Positions 1 to 8,244 of a stretch of 64,000 bases of DNA are shown here, one piece after another. Both the position numbers and the translations under genes were made by a program. The stretch covers positions 1 through 64,000 of IMG/VR virus record IMGVR_UViG_3300037067_007193. One strand, written 5' to 3'. Under the pieces are notes generated by a model. That model was not told where the DNA came from and searched no databases. It was given only the letters and a program-made list of their open reading frames with translations. This DNA comes from a virus. Its lineage: Duplodnaviria > Caudoviricetes. Numbering within the stretch: the first letter of the stretch is position 1; each line of letters starts with the position of its first letter.

Positions 1-123
1 GATAAACTTACGCTTACATACATTCGCATTTTCATACGACCAGCATTCACCCGTTGTGCTGTTGCCACTGTTATAAAAGTCGTCATGGCAGCCACAACAA
101 AGTTGCTTGCTCTTTTTTACCAT
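1..123 (-). CDS. Phage hypothetical protein, 5' part (runs off window start)
   Basis: Hand translation MVKKSKQLCCGCHDDFYNSGNSTTGECWSY...; G-rich SD upstream; not in ORF track. Confidence 0.6.
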   Translation of the reverse strand, partial: MVKKSKQLCCGCHDDFYNSGNSTTGECWSYENANVCKRKFI

Positions 124-149
124 CCCCTCTACCCCCTCTTTAATTCTGC

Positions 150-224
150 TGGCGGGGCCGGGTGGCTCCCGGCTTGGCAGAAGTCATGTTCTACTGTTCG
201 GCCTCGACAAACCGCCGCCCACCA
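150..224 (-). ncRNA. tRNA-like cloverleaf RNA (element 1)
   Basis: UGGUGGG/CCCGCCA 7-bp closing stem; GUUUG/CGAAC arm; GUAGAA/UUCUGC arm; GCCGG-N7-CCGGC arm; intergenic; loops lack tRNA consensus. Confidence 0.5.
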
Positions 225-231
225 TGTCTGA

Positions 232-609
232 TTATTGCCAAGTTTCGATAATGGCACTATGTTTAATGCTGATCCTATGTATGCAGGAATCGGTCTTTAC
301 AACAAGGCCAACAAACTCCCACTGTGTCCGCGAGATGTCCTTATCTTTGCCGATCAATTTCCACAGTGAATCAACGCGAAGATAGTATTCCGGCTGCGCC
401 CCGAGTATCTCTTCATCTGCCTTGCGAGCGGCCCGATCAGAGGCGAGATCGAGTTCTTCCTCCCATGTTTTTTTTGCGGCTGACGCCGAATCGGGGTAGA
501 AATATTCACTTGCGAGTTGAAAACTTGCGAAAACGAAGCCTCCTACCATCAGAAGTATGATAAAAGCCCCTACCACACGCTGCGGCGTCCACGGATTAAT
601 CTTGCTCAT
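232..609 (-). CDS. Hypothetical protein with one N-terminal TM helix
   Basis: 125-aa ORF with hydrophobic VVGAFIILLMVGGFVFA segment; SD GGAGG. Confidence 0.75.
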   Translation of the reverse strand: MSKINPWTPQRVVGAFIILLMVGGFVFASFQLASEYFYPDSASAAKKTWEEELDLASDRAARKADEEILGAQPEYYLRVDSLWKLIGKDKDISRTQWEFVGLVVKTDSCIHRISIKHSAIIETWQ

Positions 610-769
610 CGCGATTTTCCTCCCCGTACTTCAATTTATCCAGTAATTTGCACGAGATATCGTCACAAGGTTCTACGTCGTTCGCGAACAAATCCACAAA
701 CTCTTCAAGGTATTCATCCGGTGCGGCGTAACTGTATACTTTTCCAGCATGTTCAAACCGAATTATCAT
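596..769 (-). CDS. Small hypothetical protein (57 aa)
   Basis: Hand translation MIIRFEHAGKVYSYAAPDEYLEEFVDLF...; overlaps the next start. Confidence 0.6.
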   Translation of the reverse strand: MIIRFEHAGKVYSYAAPDEYLEEFVDLFANDVEPCDDISCKLLDKLKYGEENRDEQD

Positions 770-807
770 TTATTTCCCACCCAAAGATTAAAAATCGGTT
801 AGCGGGG

Positions 808-957
808 CTATCTTCGCCCCATCAGCAAATCGTCTTTGTAGTCCTCTAACTCGTCCCGACTCATATCATAGAGCCGGTCCTCATCTACTTCCCGCGATTC
901 GTTATGCCATTCCAAAAATCTTACGTCTGAGCGCAGTTCTTCTTTCGACTTTCCCAT
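808..957 (-). CDS. Small acidic hypothetical protein (49 aa)
   Basis: MGKSKEELRSDVRFLEWHNE...; SD AAGGAG. Confidence 0.6.
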   Translation of the reverse strand: MGKSKEELRSDVRFLEWHNESREVDEDRLYDMSRDELEDYKDDLLMGRR

Positions 958-980
958 GCGTATCTCCTTTAAAATTCTGC

Positions 981-1045
981 TGGCGGGTGGACAAGTCTAT
1001 CGGTTGCTAACCGAGTCTCTATGTCGCTTGCCCTCATACCCGCCA
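981..1045 (-). ncRNA. Structured intergenic RNA (element 2, long irregular hairpin)
   Basis: UGGCGGGU/ACCCGCCA, GGGCAAG/CUUGUCC and UCGGU/ACCGA stems; shares the 15-nt 3' segment CCCGCCAGCAGAATT with element 1. Confidence 0.45.
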
Positions 1046-1060
1046 TGTTAAAGATCAGAC

Positions 1061-1165
1061 TCATTCCCCTTTCAACATTTTCCCGCATATAGGACAGACC
1101 CAAACGCCGCGTCGATACTCCATTTCCGACATACAGCGTAGACATGGGTGATCTTTATAATCCAT
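1061..1165 (-). CDS. Small Zn-ribbon protein (34 aa)
   Basis: CLRC...CPIC; start reassigned to ATG 1165 with SD GGGGAG. Confidence 0.55.
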   Translation of the reverse strand: MDYKDHPCLRCMSEMEYRRGVWVCPICGKMLKGE

Positions 1166-1179
1166 TCTACTCCCCCGGA

Positions 1180-1416
1180 TTACTGCAAAGCGCCTATAAC
1201 TGCCTTGCCGATTGTGATATAAAACACTGCCGGGATAGCAACCATACTGACCACGCAGAGTATCCACGCGACGATTGACAGGAACGGAAGCATGTTGTTG
1301 CACCAGAAGATGTATCCGGATTCGGCTTTCTTCCACAGCCACACACCAAGAAGCGCAAAGGTTCCGGCGACAACTACCAGCCCTGTTATTTTCAAAATCA
1401 GCCACAGAATTTCCAT
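1180..1416 (-). CDS. Small two-TM membrane protein
   Basis: 78 aa with two hydrophobic segments; abuts the recT stop. Confidence 0.65.
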   Translation of the reverse strand: MEILWLILKITGLVVVAGTFALLGVWLWKKAESGYIFWCNNMLPFLSIVAWILCVVSMVAIPAVFYITIGKAVIGALQ

Positions 1417-2430
1417 CTATTCCCCCTTCTCTGCGTGCTGTTCAAGCCAGAGTAGTGCCTTCTGAGCTTCTTCCTGCGTGAAGTCCCTGATGTCCAGCTT
1501 GCATATCTCAAGGGCTTTCCGGGCCTGTGTCAGCAGGGCAGAATCCCGGACGCGCATCTCATCTTGAAGCAGGAGAACATAGTCCTCTTTGGACTTGGGT
1601 GGGCGACCGCGTCGCGTCTGCTCCTGAACCGGGGCTTCCACTACCGTTGCCTGAACTTCTTCAGCCGGTAGTTCCTGTGTTGGTGCGGCGGTCAGCCTGT
1701 CAGCCAGATTCGATGTTTTCTCCCCGTCCTCAAGGGGTTCGATAGAAAACTCAGCCATGCCGATGGCCTTGTTGTCGGCTTCGATGGCCTTATCCAGTAA
1801 GTCAGAACTGCTTGGTAGGTACTTGAACAGGCGTCGCACGACTGTCTTGCGGGCCATTTCCTCGTAGTCTGTTACCCACGGCCCGGATTGTGCTGCCTTG
1901 CTGCGCTTGCGGATGCTGTCTATCTGTTCCTTGCTCATGTACTCAAACTGGTTTTCTCCATCCTTGAAGTTCGCCACGGCGTATGCACCGATAAGCGCAC
2001 CCCGTTCCTTGCGGAGTTCGGGCACATGCACCAACTTGGAATCTGTGCCGTATGACAGATCAAACTTGTCATTTTCGTAGACAAGGTGCGCTTCGATACG
2101 CGCCACATCCCCGGTACGTTTGGCAAGGTCGATAAATCCTCGATAACCCGGCATAAATTGCGCCTTGTCGCCGTACTTCACGAGATAGGCTTGTCCCTTT
2201 GCTGGTGTAAAATCCAGACCGAGTTCCGCTGCATTTACCACTGCCGTAAACAAGGATAGCGGCGTACATTCCTGAAGCTTATTATCTCTTGCCACAGCCA
2301 GAAGCGCCGACTTGAGAAACCGTTCAACATTGACGTGCTTAGGCAACATCTGTACGATTTCCGGTTTACGTTCCTCAATGAAGGCCTTGAGGGTTCTCGG
2401 TTGCTGTGTTGCTACTGCCGTTGTGGTCAT
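1417..2430 (-). CDS. recT: RecT-family single-strand annealing recombinase
   Basis: AAELGLDFTPAKGQAYLVKY, FMPGYRGFIDLA, GPWVTDYEEMARKTVVRRLFKYLP motifs. Confidence 0.95.
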   Translation of the reverse strand: MTTTAVATQQPRTLKAFIEERKPEIVQMLPKHVNVERFLKSALLAVARDNKLQECTPLSLFTAVVNAAELGLDFTPAKGQAYLVKYGDKAQFMPGYRGFIDLAKRTGDVARIEAHLVYENDKFDLSYGTDSKLVHVPELRKERGALIGAYAVANFKDGENQFEYMSKEQIDSIRKRSKAAQSGPWVTDYEEMARKTVVRRLFKYLPSSSDLLDKAIEADNKAIGMAEFSIEPLEDGEKTSNLADRLTAAPTQELPAEEVQATVVEAPVQEQTRRGRPPKSKEDYVLLLQDEMRVRDSALLTQARKALEICKLDIRDFTQEEAQKALLWLEQHAEKGE

Positions 2431-3361
2431 TCCGCCGTTCCTTTCTGTATCCGTGGTGTACGGCTGATGGATTCTTTCAGCATGGACTCATAGATTTCAG
2501 GGCACTCGGCCTTGAGTTTTTTCTGGTCAAGGATGCTCTTAACGGTAGAGTAGTAAGTCAGCACCCTACCGTCTCGGAGTTGCACGCCTTCCGCATCGCC
2601 AAGCGGGGTCAGAATACGGGACAGGGCTTCCTTCTCTACTTTCTCGGCGGCAAGCCGGGCGACACGGGCGTTGTCCCATGCGTCTATCAGTTCATCCGGT
2701 ACTTCGGCCCAAGTCTGCGGCACGCGCTGGACACGGCGGATGATGTCAAGGCTTCCAAGCCCGAAAGCATCTTCCGGCGGCGGCGTCTTGGAAACGACAT
2801 ACTTGTTCCAAAAATCTTCACCCTTCTGGATGATGGCTTGGATAATTGCCTCGTTGCGTTCCACCTTGTACAGTTCGCGCTTGAGGCCGTTCTTGCCCAT
2901 CAGGACAACCACATGGACGCGCTTTAGGTTGTGGCAAAGCATCTGTGCGTGTACCTGGACGTTACCCGGTCTGGAACGGCGTCTGTCCCCGGTTCGCCCC
3001 ATTCTTCAGAACGCGAGGTTGTCTTTGCCTCGATAGCCTCTTGTATATTTTCCTTCATTGTGCCTATTGCGGCATCCAGTGTAGCAGAAAAAATCGGATG
3101 TTGTTCGCACACGGAAAAAAGCCTGAACGGTTCGACAGATATTTGTACTCCCAACTCTTTCGCCGCCCACTCCAACAGCGGGGCTTCAAAGGCGTTTCCC
3201 ATGTCTAAGGCCTCGGACTGCACTTCCGGCTCGGCAACATTCGCCGTCTTGGACAGCCAGACATCCGCGCCCATTTTGAACGGGTCAAGGCCGAACAGGG
3301 CCGGGATGTCTGAAGCGCCAAGGTGCTTCTTTCTGAGTTCGCGTTGCTCTGGCGTAAGCAT
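2427..3361 (-). pseudogene. yqaJ: YqaJ-like (lambda-exonuclease family) exonuclease, split by a 1-nt deletion near 2961-2963
   Basis: N-half (LGASDIPALFGLDPF, FSATLDA, IEAKT) and C-half (QVHAQM...YKVERNEAII) are in different frames; span of 935 nt is one base short of a multiple of 3; may be a sequencing error. Confidence 0.85.
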
Positions 3362-3510
3362 CAGTAGTTCCTTGCCTTTCGGGTTATACCGCCAACGGCA
3401 CTTTCTATCTCGTTAATCGCATCCTGCAATTCCGAGATAATACCCTGAGTCTCTGCCAGTTCTTCTTCAAGCTCTTCTATTCGGCCCACAAGTTCATCCT
3501 CTCTGCCCAT
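3361..3510 (-). CDS. Small coiled-coil protein (49 aa)
   Basis: MGREDELVGRIEELEEELAE...; stop overlaps the yqaJ start. Confidence 0.65.
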   Translation of the reverse strand: MGREDELVGRIEELEEELAETQGIISELQDAINEIESAVGGITRKARNY

Positions 3511-3558
3511 TGCCTATCTCCATCCTTTCATCCATCTAATTTGCTGATCCTTTGTAAA

Positions 3559-3747
3559 TCACTGGTTCAAATGTGCATATTTCAATGTCTGTTTTTTCAG
3601 AACACCGCCGCACGCCGGACATGCCTTCGGATCAAGCCCTTGCACGCACCGTTCGCAATAAAGATTATAGCAACCTAAGCATTCCCATGTTCTTTCTGCC
3701 CATGTCGTGCGGCGGCATTCATCACAATTTCCGTTGAGGCAACTCAT
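3559..3747 (-). CDS. Cys-rich Zn-finger-like protein
   Basis: Multiple CxxC motifs in 62 aa. Confidence 0.65.
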   Translation of the reverse strand: MSCLNGNCDECRRTTWAERTWECLGCYNLYCERCVQGLDPKACPACGGVLKKQTLKYAHLNQ

Positions 3748-3959
3748 GCAAGTGCTTCAATCAGTACGCGCTTTCCCTTATGGATGAATTTCACCGGGAT
3801 AAACTCTCTATCCACTCGTATCCATCCAGTATCCGGGCGAGGCCTTAAACCAATTTTTACTGCTGCTCTTGCCACTTCAATCGACGGGTACGGATTTTCC
3901 TCCTGCTCCTGCTCGATCTCGTCTGCTGTACGCACCCAACGCCCGCCGATGTTAAGCAT
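3744..3959 (-). CDS. Hypothetical protein
   Basis: Likely start ATG 3959 (MLNIGGRWVRT), coupled to neighbours. Confidence 0.65.
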   Translation of the reverse strand: MLNIGGRWVRTADEIEQEQEENPYPSIEVARAAVKIGLRPRPDTGWIRVDREFIPVKFIHKGKRVLIEALA

Positions 3960-4293
3960 CTGCTTTCTCCCTCTCCATAACGGCATCAACAAATCGATGG
4001 CAATCCTTGGCGAGTAATTTTTCTGAACCATTTCCCGACCACCGTCCAAACCCTTCTGGCTGTGTGTTCTGACAGGCCAACTCACCTTGCAAAACACACC
4101 CAAGCAACCGGTCTTTCCTTGCCTTCTCGATCATCTCATCCAGCCAGTCAAGGCCGGAATCCGGTACGCACAGGTGGATTGCCGCGTACTGGCGGAGAGA
4201 CATGCCGGGTTCAAACGTATCGTTCCATTTGCCATCTGGATTCATTGCCTGTTGGCACGGGAACGCCGGTCCTCCATCTTTGATTTCACTCAT
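3952..4293 (-). CDS. Conserved phage protein of the 'GGPAFP...GMSLR' type
   Basis: MSEIKDGGPAFP...PGMSLRQYAA, a pattern common in phage early regions. Confidence 0.8.
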   Translation of the reverse strand: MSEIKDGGPAFPCQQAMNPDGKWNDTFEPGMSLRQYAAIHLCVPDSGLDWLDEMIEKARKDRLLGCVLQGELACQNTQPEGFGRWSGNGSEKLLAKDCHRFVDAVMEREKADA

Positions 4294-4583
4294 CTTGCCT
4301 CCCGTGTTTCTTCGAGGATCATCTGCGTGAGTACCTTTATCACTCCCCCTATCGTGTCGTGGAGTTCTGTCCTGTTGAATAGTTCGGCAAAAACGTGATA
4401 CCATTCATACCCGGACACCTTTTTGTATTCCTTCAGCAACATGCCGATAATCGCATCTTCTGTTGGACGGGGAATCCACTTGCCGTGCGGCTTGCTAACT
4501 GCCATTTCATCGTTGAGGATTAGACAGTCGTTGATTTGGGTATATCCCAACGCCGCCAGGGCATCTTTTATGTATTTTTTCAC
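4290..4583 (-). CDS. Hypothetical protein
   Basis: 97-aa ORF with overlapping start/stop coupling. Confidence 0.7.
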   Translation of the reverse strand: MKKYIKDALAALGYTQINDCLILNDEMAVSKPHGKWIPRPTEDAIIGMLLKEYKKVSGYEWYHVFAELFNRTELHDTIGGVIKVLTQMILEETREAR

Positions 4584-4807
4584 TCCGCCTCCTTGCGCGC
4601 TTTGATAGCCTGTTCGATATGCTGCATGAGTCGTTTTTTGCCACGCTCAAAATTGCTATCCGTGATGAATCCACGGACATAGCAACGGATAAGAGCATTG
4701 CAATCGCAATCAAGAGATTGCAGGGTAAGGACCGGAATTATGCCGTGAAGCTGCGATATAAGAGTCGGGCAACAAGGCCCGATTGAAATGTTTATTGGTT
4801 CTTTCAT
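4580..4807 (-). CDS. Hypothetical protein
   Basis: ATG 4807 with SD GGAGG. Confidence 0.65.
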   Translation of the reverse strand: MKEPINISIGPCCPTLISQLHGIIPVLTLQSLDCDCNALIRCYVRGFITDSNFERGKKRLMQHIEQAIKARKEAE

Positions 4808-4998
4808 TCCGCCTCCTTGCACGCTTGAGAACAGTAGAGATATTTTCCGTCCCGTATAGCCTTGTCAGAACAGTCAAGGCAGATCAACTTGCCGCAGTAC
4901 GAACACCTGATTTCGTCTTCCTCAAAGCACATATCGGGATAGTGACAAAAAACGCACTTGTCTTTTGTTTCCGGCGGGTCAGGTGGTTCCGGTGGCAT
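4804..4998 (-). CDS. Cys-rich Zn-finger-like protein
   Basis: CVFC, CSYC, CLDC and CSQAC motifs. Confidence 0.65.
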   Translation of the reverse strand: MPPEPPDPPETKDKCVFCHYPDMCFEEDEIRCSYCGKLICLDCSDKAIRDGKYLYCSQACKEAE

Positions 4999-5031
4999 GA
5001 TAATCCCTACAAAAGTTTTTGTTGATAAAAC

Positions 5032-5060
5032 TTGACAAAACGAAAGCCGTAAATTAGAAT
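5032..5060 (+). promoter_or_regulatory. sigma70-type promoter antisense to the early operon
   Basis: TTGACA-17-TAGAAT. Confidence 0.6.
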
Positions 5061-5070
5061 TATATGCCGA

Positions 5071-5301
5071 TTAAATGTGAGTCGCATCAAGAAGATGCTC
5101 TGCTATGCTTTCAAGCTCAGTGATGTAGACTGCGTTCTGGTGCAGCCTCCACGCGCCGTATGCGCTTACAATGGACAGCGCCAGTAGGCCAAGCCCGAAA
5201 TTGAGGTCACGCCAGTACCCGGACTTGAAGCAATCGTGTAGAAACAGGCAAAACATCCCGAATAGAAATGCGCTGATAGACCCGAACAGGTAGGTATGCA
5301 T
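5071..5301 (-). CDS. Small membrane protein
   Basis: MHTYLFGSISAFLFG..., two hydrophobic segments; SD lies within an AGGAGTCGCATCCT hairpin. Confidence 0.65.
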   Translation of the reverse strand: MHTYLFGSISAFLFGMFCLFLHDCFKSGYWRDLNFGLGLLALSIVSAYGAWRLHQNAVYITELESIAEHLLDATHI

Positions 5302-5338
5302 AGGATGCGACTCCTGGGTTTTTGTGAATCGGGTGTTG

Positions 5339-5665
5339 CTAAAGCGTTGGTGTTGTTTCAAGAATTTCATTCGCCATTTGATGAGTCAAAAGGCCACCTA
5401 AAAATCTTTTTGACATTTCGCAATACTGGCCTTCTGGCAATTTTTTCAACATGGACACAAGGGTAGAATCGGGTATCAGGGCGAAATTGCGGTAAAGAAT
5501 TGTTTCGAGATTATCAAGCGCGTTCTTGGCGTCCTGAAAGCTGAAACCGACTTTGAATAAATCGTTGTGTGCGTTCGGATTTTTTAAAAATCCGGACTTT
5601 AATTCTTCCCATCGTTTGTAAAAATGGGATCGGATTTCGGCGGCAACGGCAGCTTCATTAGACAT
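5339..5665 (-). CDS. Hypothetical protein
   Basis: 108-aa ORF in operon context. Confidence 0.7.
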   Translation of the reverse strand: MSNEAAVAAEIRSHFYKRWEELKSGFLKNPNAHNDLFKVGFSFQDAKNALDNLETILYRNFALIPDSTLVSMLKKLPEGQYCEMSKRFLGGLLTHQMANEILETTPTL

Positions 5666-5861
5666 GGGATTTTACCTTTCGGCGTGACGGGCCTTTTTCA
5701 AGGATGATCTCAGTTTCCGAAATTGTAGCTCCGAGTATTGTTATGTCCATGTTGTCCGCCACATGGATAAGCTGGTGATCGCGCCAGATAATCCGACCGC
5801 CCCAACCAAAAGAATGGGCGAGGTCAGTTAAGCGAATACAGAATATGTCGGGTTTGGACAA
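5658..5861 (-). CDS. Hypothetical protein
   Basis: 67-aa ORF, TTG start downstream of GGAG. Confidence 0.55.
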   Translation of the reverse strand: MSKPDIFCIRLTDLAHSFGWGGRIIWRDHQLIHVADNMDITILGATISETEIILEKGPSRRKVKSHV

Positions 5862-5882
5862 GGTGTTTGCGACTCCTAATTA

Positions 5883-5910
5883 AATATATATTATTAAAAC
5901 AAAAAGTCAA
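5883..5910 (-). promoter_or_regulatory. Leftward sigma70-type promoter
   Basis: TTGACT-16-TATATT, followed by the GGAGTCGCA motif. Confidence 0.55.
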
Positions 5911-5982
5911 GAAAACAGGCTGAAAAAATAAGGGGTCAAAACACGTTGCCAGGGCGTGACACCTGCGTAACTGTTTGACCGA

Positions 5983-6062
5983 GGCATAGGGACAGCGGGC
6001 AAATCATGGATTGCGACTCCTGGTACGCCCGTGCTGGTCGCCAGACCAGCGGTCCCTATGCC
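5983..6062 (-). promoter_or_regulatory. Structured intergenic element (three-way junction) carrying a GAGTCGCA loop
   Basis: Perfect 11-bp inverted repeat GGCATAGGGAC; inner GCTGGTC/GACCAGC and CGGGC/GCCCG stems. Confidence 0.55.
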
Positions 6063-6066
6063 GTTT

Positions 6067-6600
6067 TTATTTCGCCATCGCCTTAGCTATATCCTTGAGG
6101 CGTGAGGCAGTAATGTGGTAATACACCTGTGTCGAGTTGATGCTTGTGTGCCTGAGCCATGCCTGACATTCTTCCAGCGAGTACCCGGCCTGACTCATAG
6201 CCATCGCCCGGCTGTGTCTGAGAACGTGCGGGCCGTGATCGGGACAGACCTTGCGCCAGATGTTTTCAATGGCATCGCCGGTCAAGCCTTTGCCTTTGTA
6301 ACCAGGGAAAAGATACTCGTGCTGGTGGGACAACTTGAGTTCCAGGATGCGCCGTCGCAAGTCGCCCTCAAGCGGCATCAGGTAGCGTTCCCGCTCCCCG
6401 CCCTTGCGCCCGGACTTGAGGACGGTCACTACAACACCGTGTTCCGTAACGTCCGAACGCCGTATCAGGCTGACTTCCCCGCGCCTCAGTCCGAGATAGT
6501 AGACAAATTCCAGCAGAAGCGGATTGGCTGACTTGGATATCAACTTGCGGACCTCCCTGTCCTCAAGGTACTTGATGCTGCGTTGACCATAGGTTTGCAT
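6067..6600 (-). CDS. Small tyrosine recombinase (catalytic domain only, 177 aa)
   Basis: LGLRRGEV (R), VLKSG (K), HVLRHS (HxxR), WLRH, TQVYY (Y). Confidence 0.9.
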   Translation of the reverse strand: MQTYGQRSIKYLEDREVRKLISKSANPLLLEFVYYLGLRRGEVSLIRRSDVTEHGVVVTVLKSGRKGGERERYLMPLEGDLRRRILELKLSHQHEYLFPGYKGKGLTGDAIENIWRKVCPDHGPHVLRHSRAMAMSQAGYSLEECQAWLRHTSINSTQVYYHITASRLKDIAKAMAK

Positions 6601-6615
6601 GATGCCCCTCCCCTT

Positions 6616-7001
6616 CTAAAACGGCATGTCTGGATCGGCCCCGGCATGGGGTTTTTCTTCCTGCTGCTGCTTTTCCTTCTGGCCCTTGCCGCCGAAAAGA
6701 ATAACAAGCTCAGAAGCCAGTATTTCCGTGATGTACCGCTTCCCACCGTCAGCTTCCCAATGCCGGGTCTGAAGCGTCCCCTCAAGATACACCTGAGTGC
6801 CTTTTTTGCAATAGTTTGATATTATTTCCGCCAGCTTTTCCCATGCCACTATGCGATTCCATTCGGTAACTTCCTTGTCGCCCCATTGCCGGGAAGTAGC
6901 AACGGTAAAGTTCACTACGGTCTTGCCGTTCTGTGTCGTGTTTTTCTTGGGATCGTCCGATAAAAACCGAGGATGGTTACGTGATTGACGCTACGTGACA
7001 T
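6616..7001 (-). pseudogene. ssb: Single-stranded DNA-binding protein, frameshifted in a T-run at 6962-6966
   Basis: MSRSVNHVTILG shifts frame into LSDDPKKNTTQNGKTVVNFTVAT...VYLEGTLQTRHW...DMPF; one extra T restores a 128-aa SSB. Confidence 0.9.
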
Positions 7002-7141
7002 TGCGTTCTCCCGTTCTGTTTGTGGACCGAGCGGCGGACGGATGCTGCAAATGCGATATTCACAACACCCGCCCGTCTCAGTGCGACTCCTGGGGCAACT
7101 TCGCTTGCTTTTTGATAATAAATTATATAAGTTAAGTAACA

Positions 7142-7417
7142 ATGGAAGGTGTAACGTTTTATGTTGTGTCTACAGCGGGGTCGCAATGTGATACTAACAT
7201 AAGGGCCAACTTCGTGTCAATAAAAAAAAATCCAAAAATCGAACGTTTCCGTATTGAATCCGATTTGTCGCAAATTTTACATACGGTTGCCAATGAGATG
7301 CCCCGCATGACCAAAACGTTGTTGGTTGAAATAGCCCTTGACTATCTTCTGAGACAGCATTCTTTGGAACAGATTGCGCAGATTGTGGGTGACTATTTTA
7401 CGAGAAAGCGCGAATAG
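7142..7417 (+). CDS. Ribbon-helix-helix (CopG/Arc-like) DNA-binding protein; start uncertain
   Basis: RFRIESDLSQILHTVA...MTKTLLVEIALDYLL beta-alpha-alpha pattern; divergent from ssb. Confidence 0.55.
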   Translation: MEGVTFYVVSTAGSQCDTNIRANFVSIKKNPKIERFRIESDLSQILHTVANEMPRMTKTLLVEIALDYLLRQHSLEQIAQIVGDYFTRKRE

Positions 7418-7557
7418 TTACCCGCGTTTGCGATAGATGCCATACAACAACAAACACACCATTGGTTGAAAAAATTCGGGATGCCGGTAAATTATGCCAG
7501 CCAAAACACAACAACAAATGCCCTCACAGATCGCTATTAGTGTTTCATAAAAATCTT

Positions 7558-7758
7558 TCACGCCGACCTCCACACTGTTTTCCTTATGCGATTCCTGCCC
7601 GATGGAGCAACCACAACAAACTGCGTTCCGTGCCTGTATACCGCCGAAGCCACCAAGTCACGGGCCGAGACTTTCAAATCTTCCGGCGGCAGTCTGCACC
7701 TTGCGAATCCTACGGCTTGCAAAGACTCAAGCCGGTGCTGCTGTGAATGGGTTAGCAT
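7558..7758 (-). CDS. Hypothetical protein
   Basis: 66-aa ORF with SD AAGGAG. Confidence 0.6.
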   Translation of the reverse strand: MLTHSQQHRLESLQAVGFARCRLPPEDLKVSARDLVASAVYRHGTQFVVVAPSGRNRIRKTVWRSA

Positions 7759-8046
7759 CTATGACTCCTTTTTATTTCCGTTCCGGCGGTGCTTGATGTC
7801 GAGTTGAGCGATGGCGCGACGCAAGGCTATGGTGCGGCCAACGCGACGGCAAAATGGTTCTTTAAAAGAGCAGCGGCAATGCCCACCACCCCAAATAAAT
7901 TCACCCTTTAACAGCGTACAATTTGTTATCCGAAAGACGCGCTTACGTTCGTCGGGGTATGTTGTAAAATGGTGGTATCTCACTTCTGTTATCCCCGCTT
8001 CTTCCAGCACCTTTTCAACCGGTATGTCCAGCTTGCCCTGGATCAT
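7759..8046 (-). CDS. Hypothetical phage protein
   Basis: Likely start MIQGKLDIPV; C-terminal FCRRVGRTIALRRA motif. Confidence 0.7.
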   Translation of the reverse strand: MIQGKLDIPVEKVLEEAGITEVRYHHFTTYPDERKRVFRITNCTLLKGEFIWGGGHCRCSFKEPFCRRVGRTIALRRAIAQLDIKHRRNGNKKES

Positions 8047-8244
8047 ACTTTCCTCCCGCGACACATTATCCAGATGGTCAAGGTGGCAACACACAGGACT
8101 ATTGCCAAGTCCGCGCCCTGCCGCACCGTGAAGTTATCCAAAACAGAGGACAGGTAGGTCATGAATCAATCTCCCTGCTTAATTCTTGGATTATCCATGA
8201 AATTACAAACAGAAGTAGCGTCCCGAACAAAATGAAAATAATTT

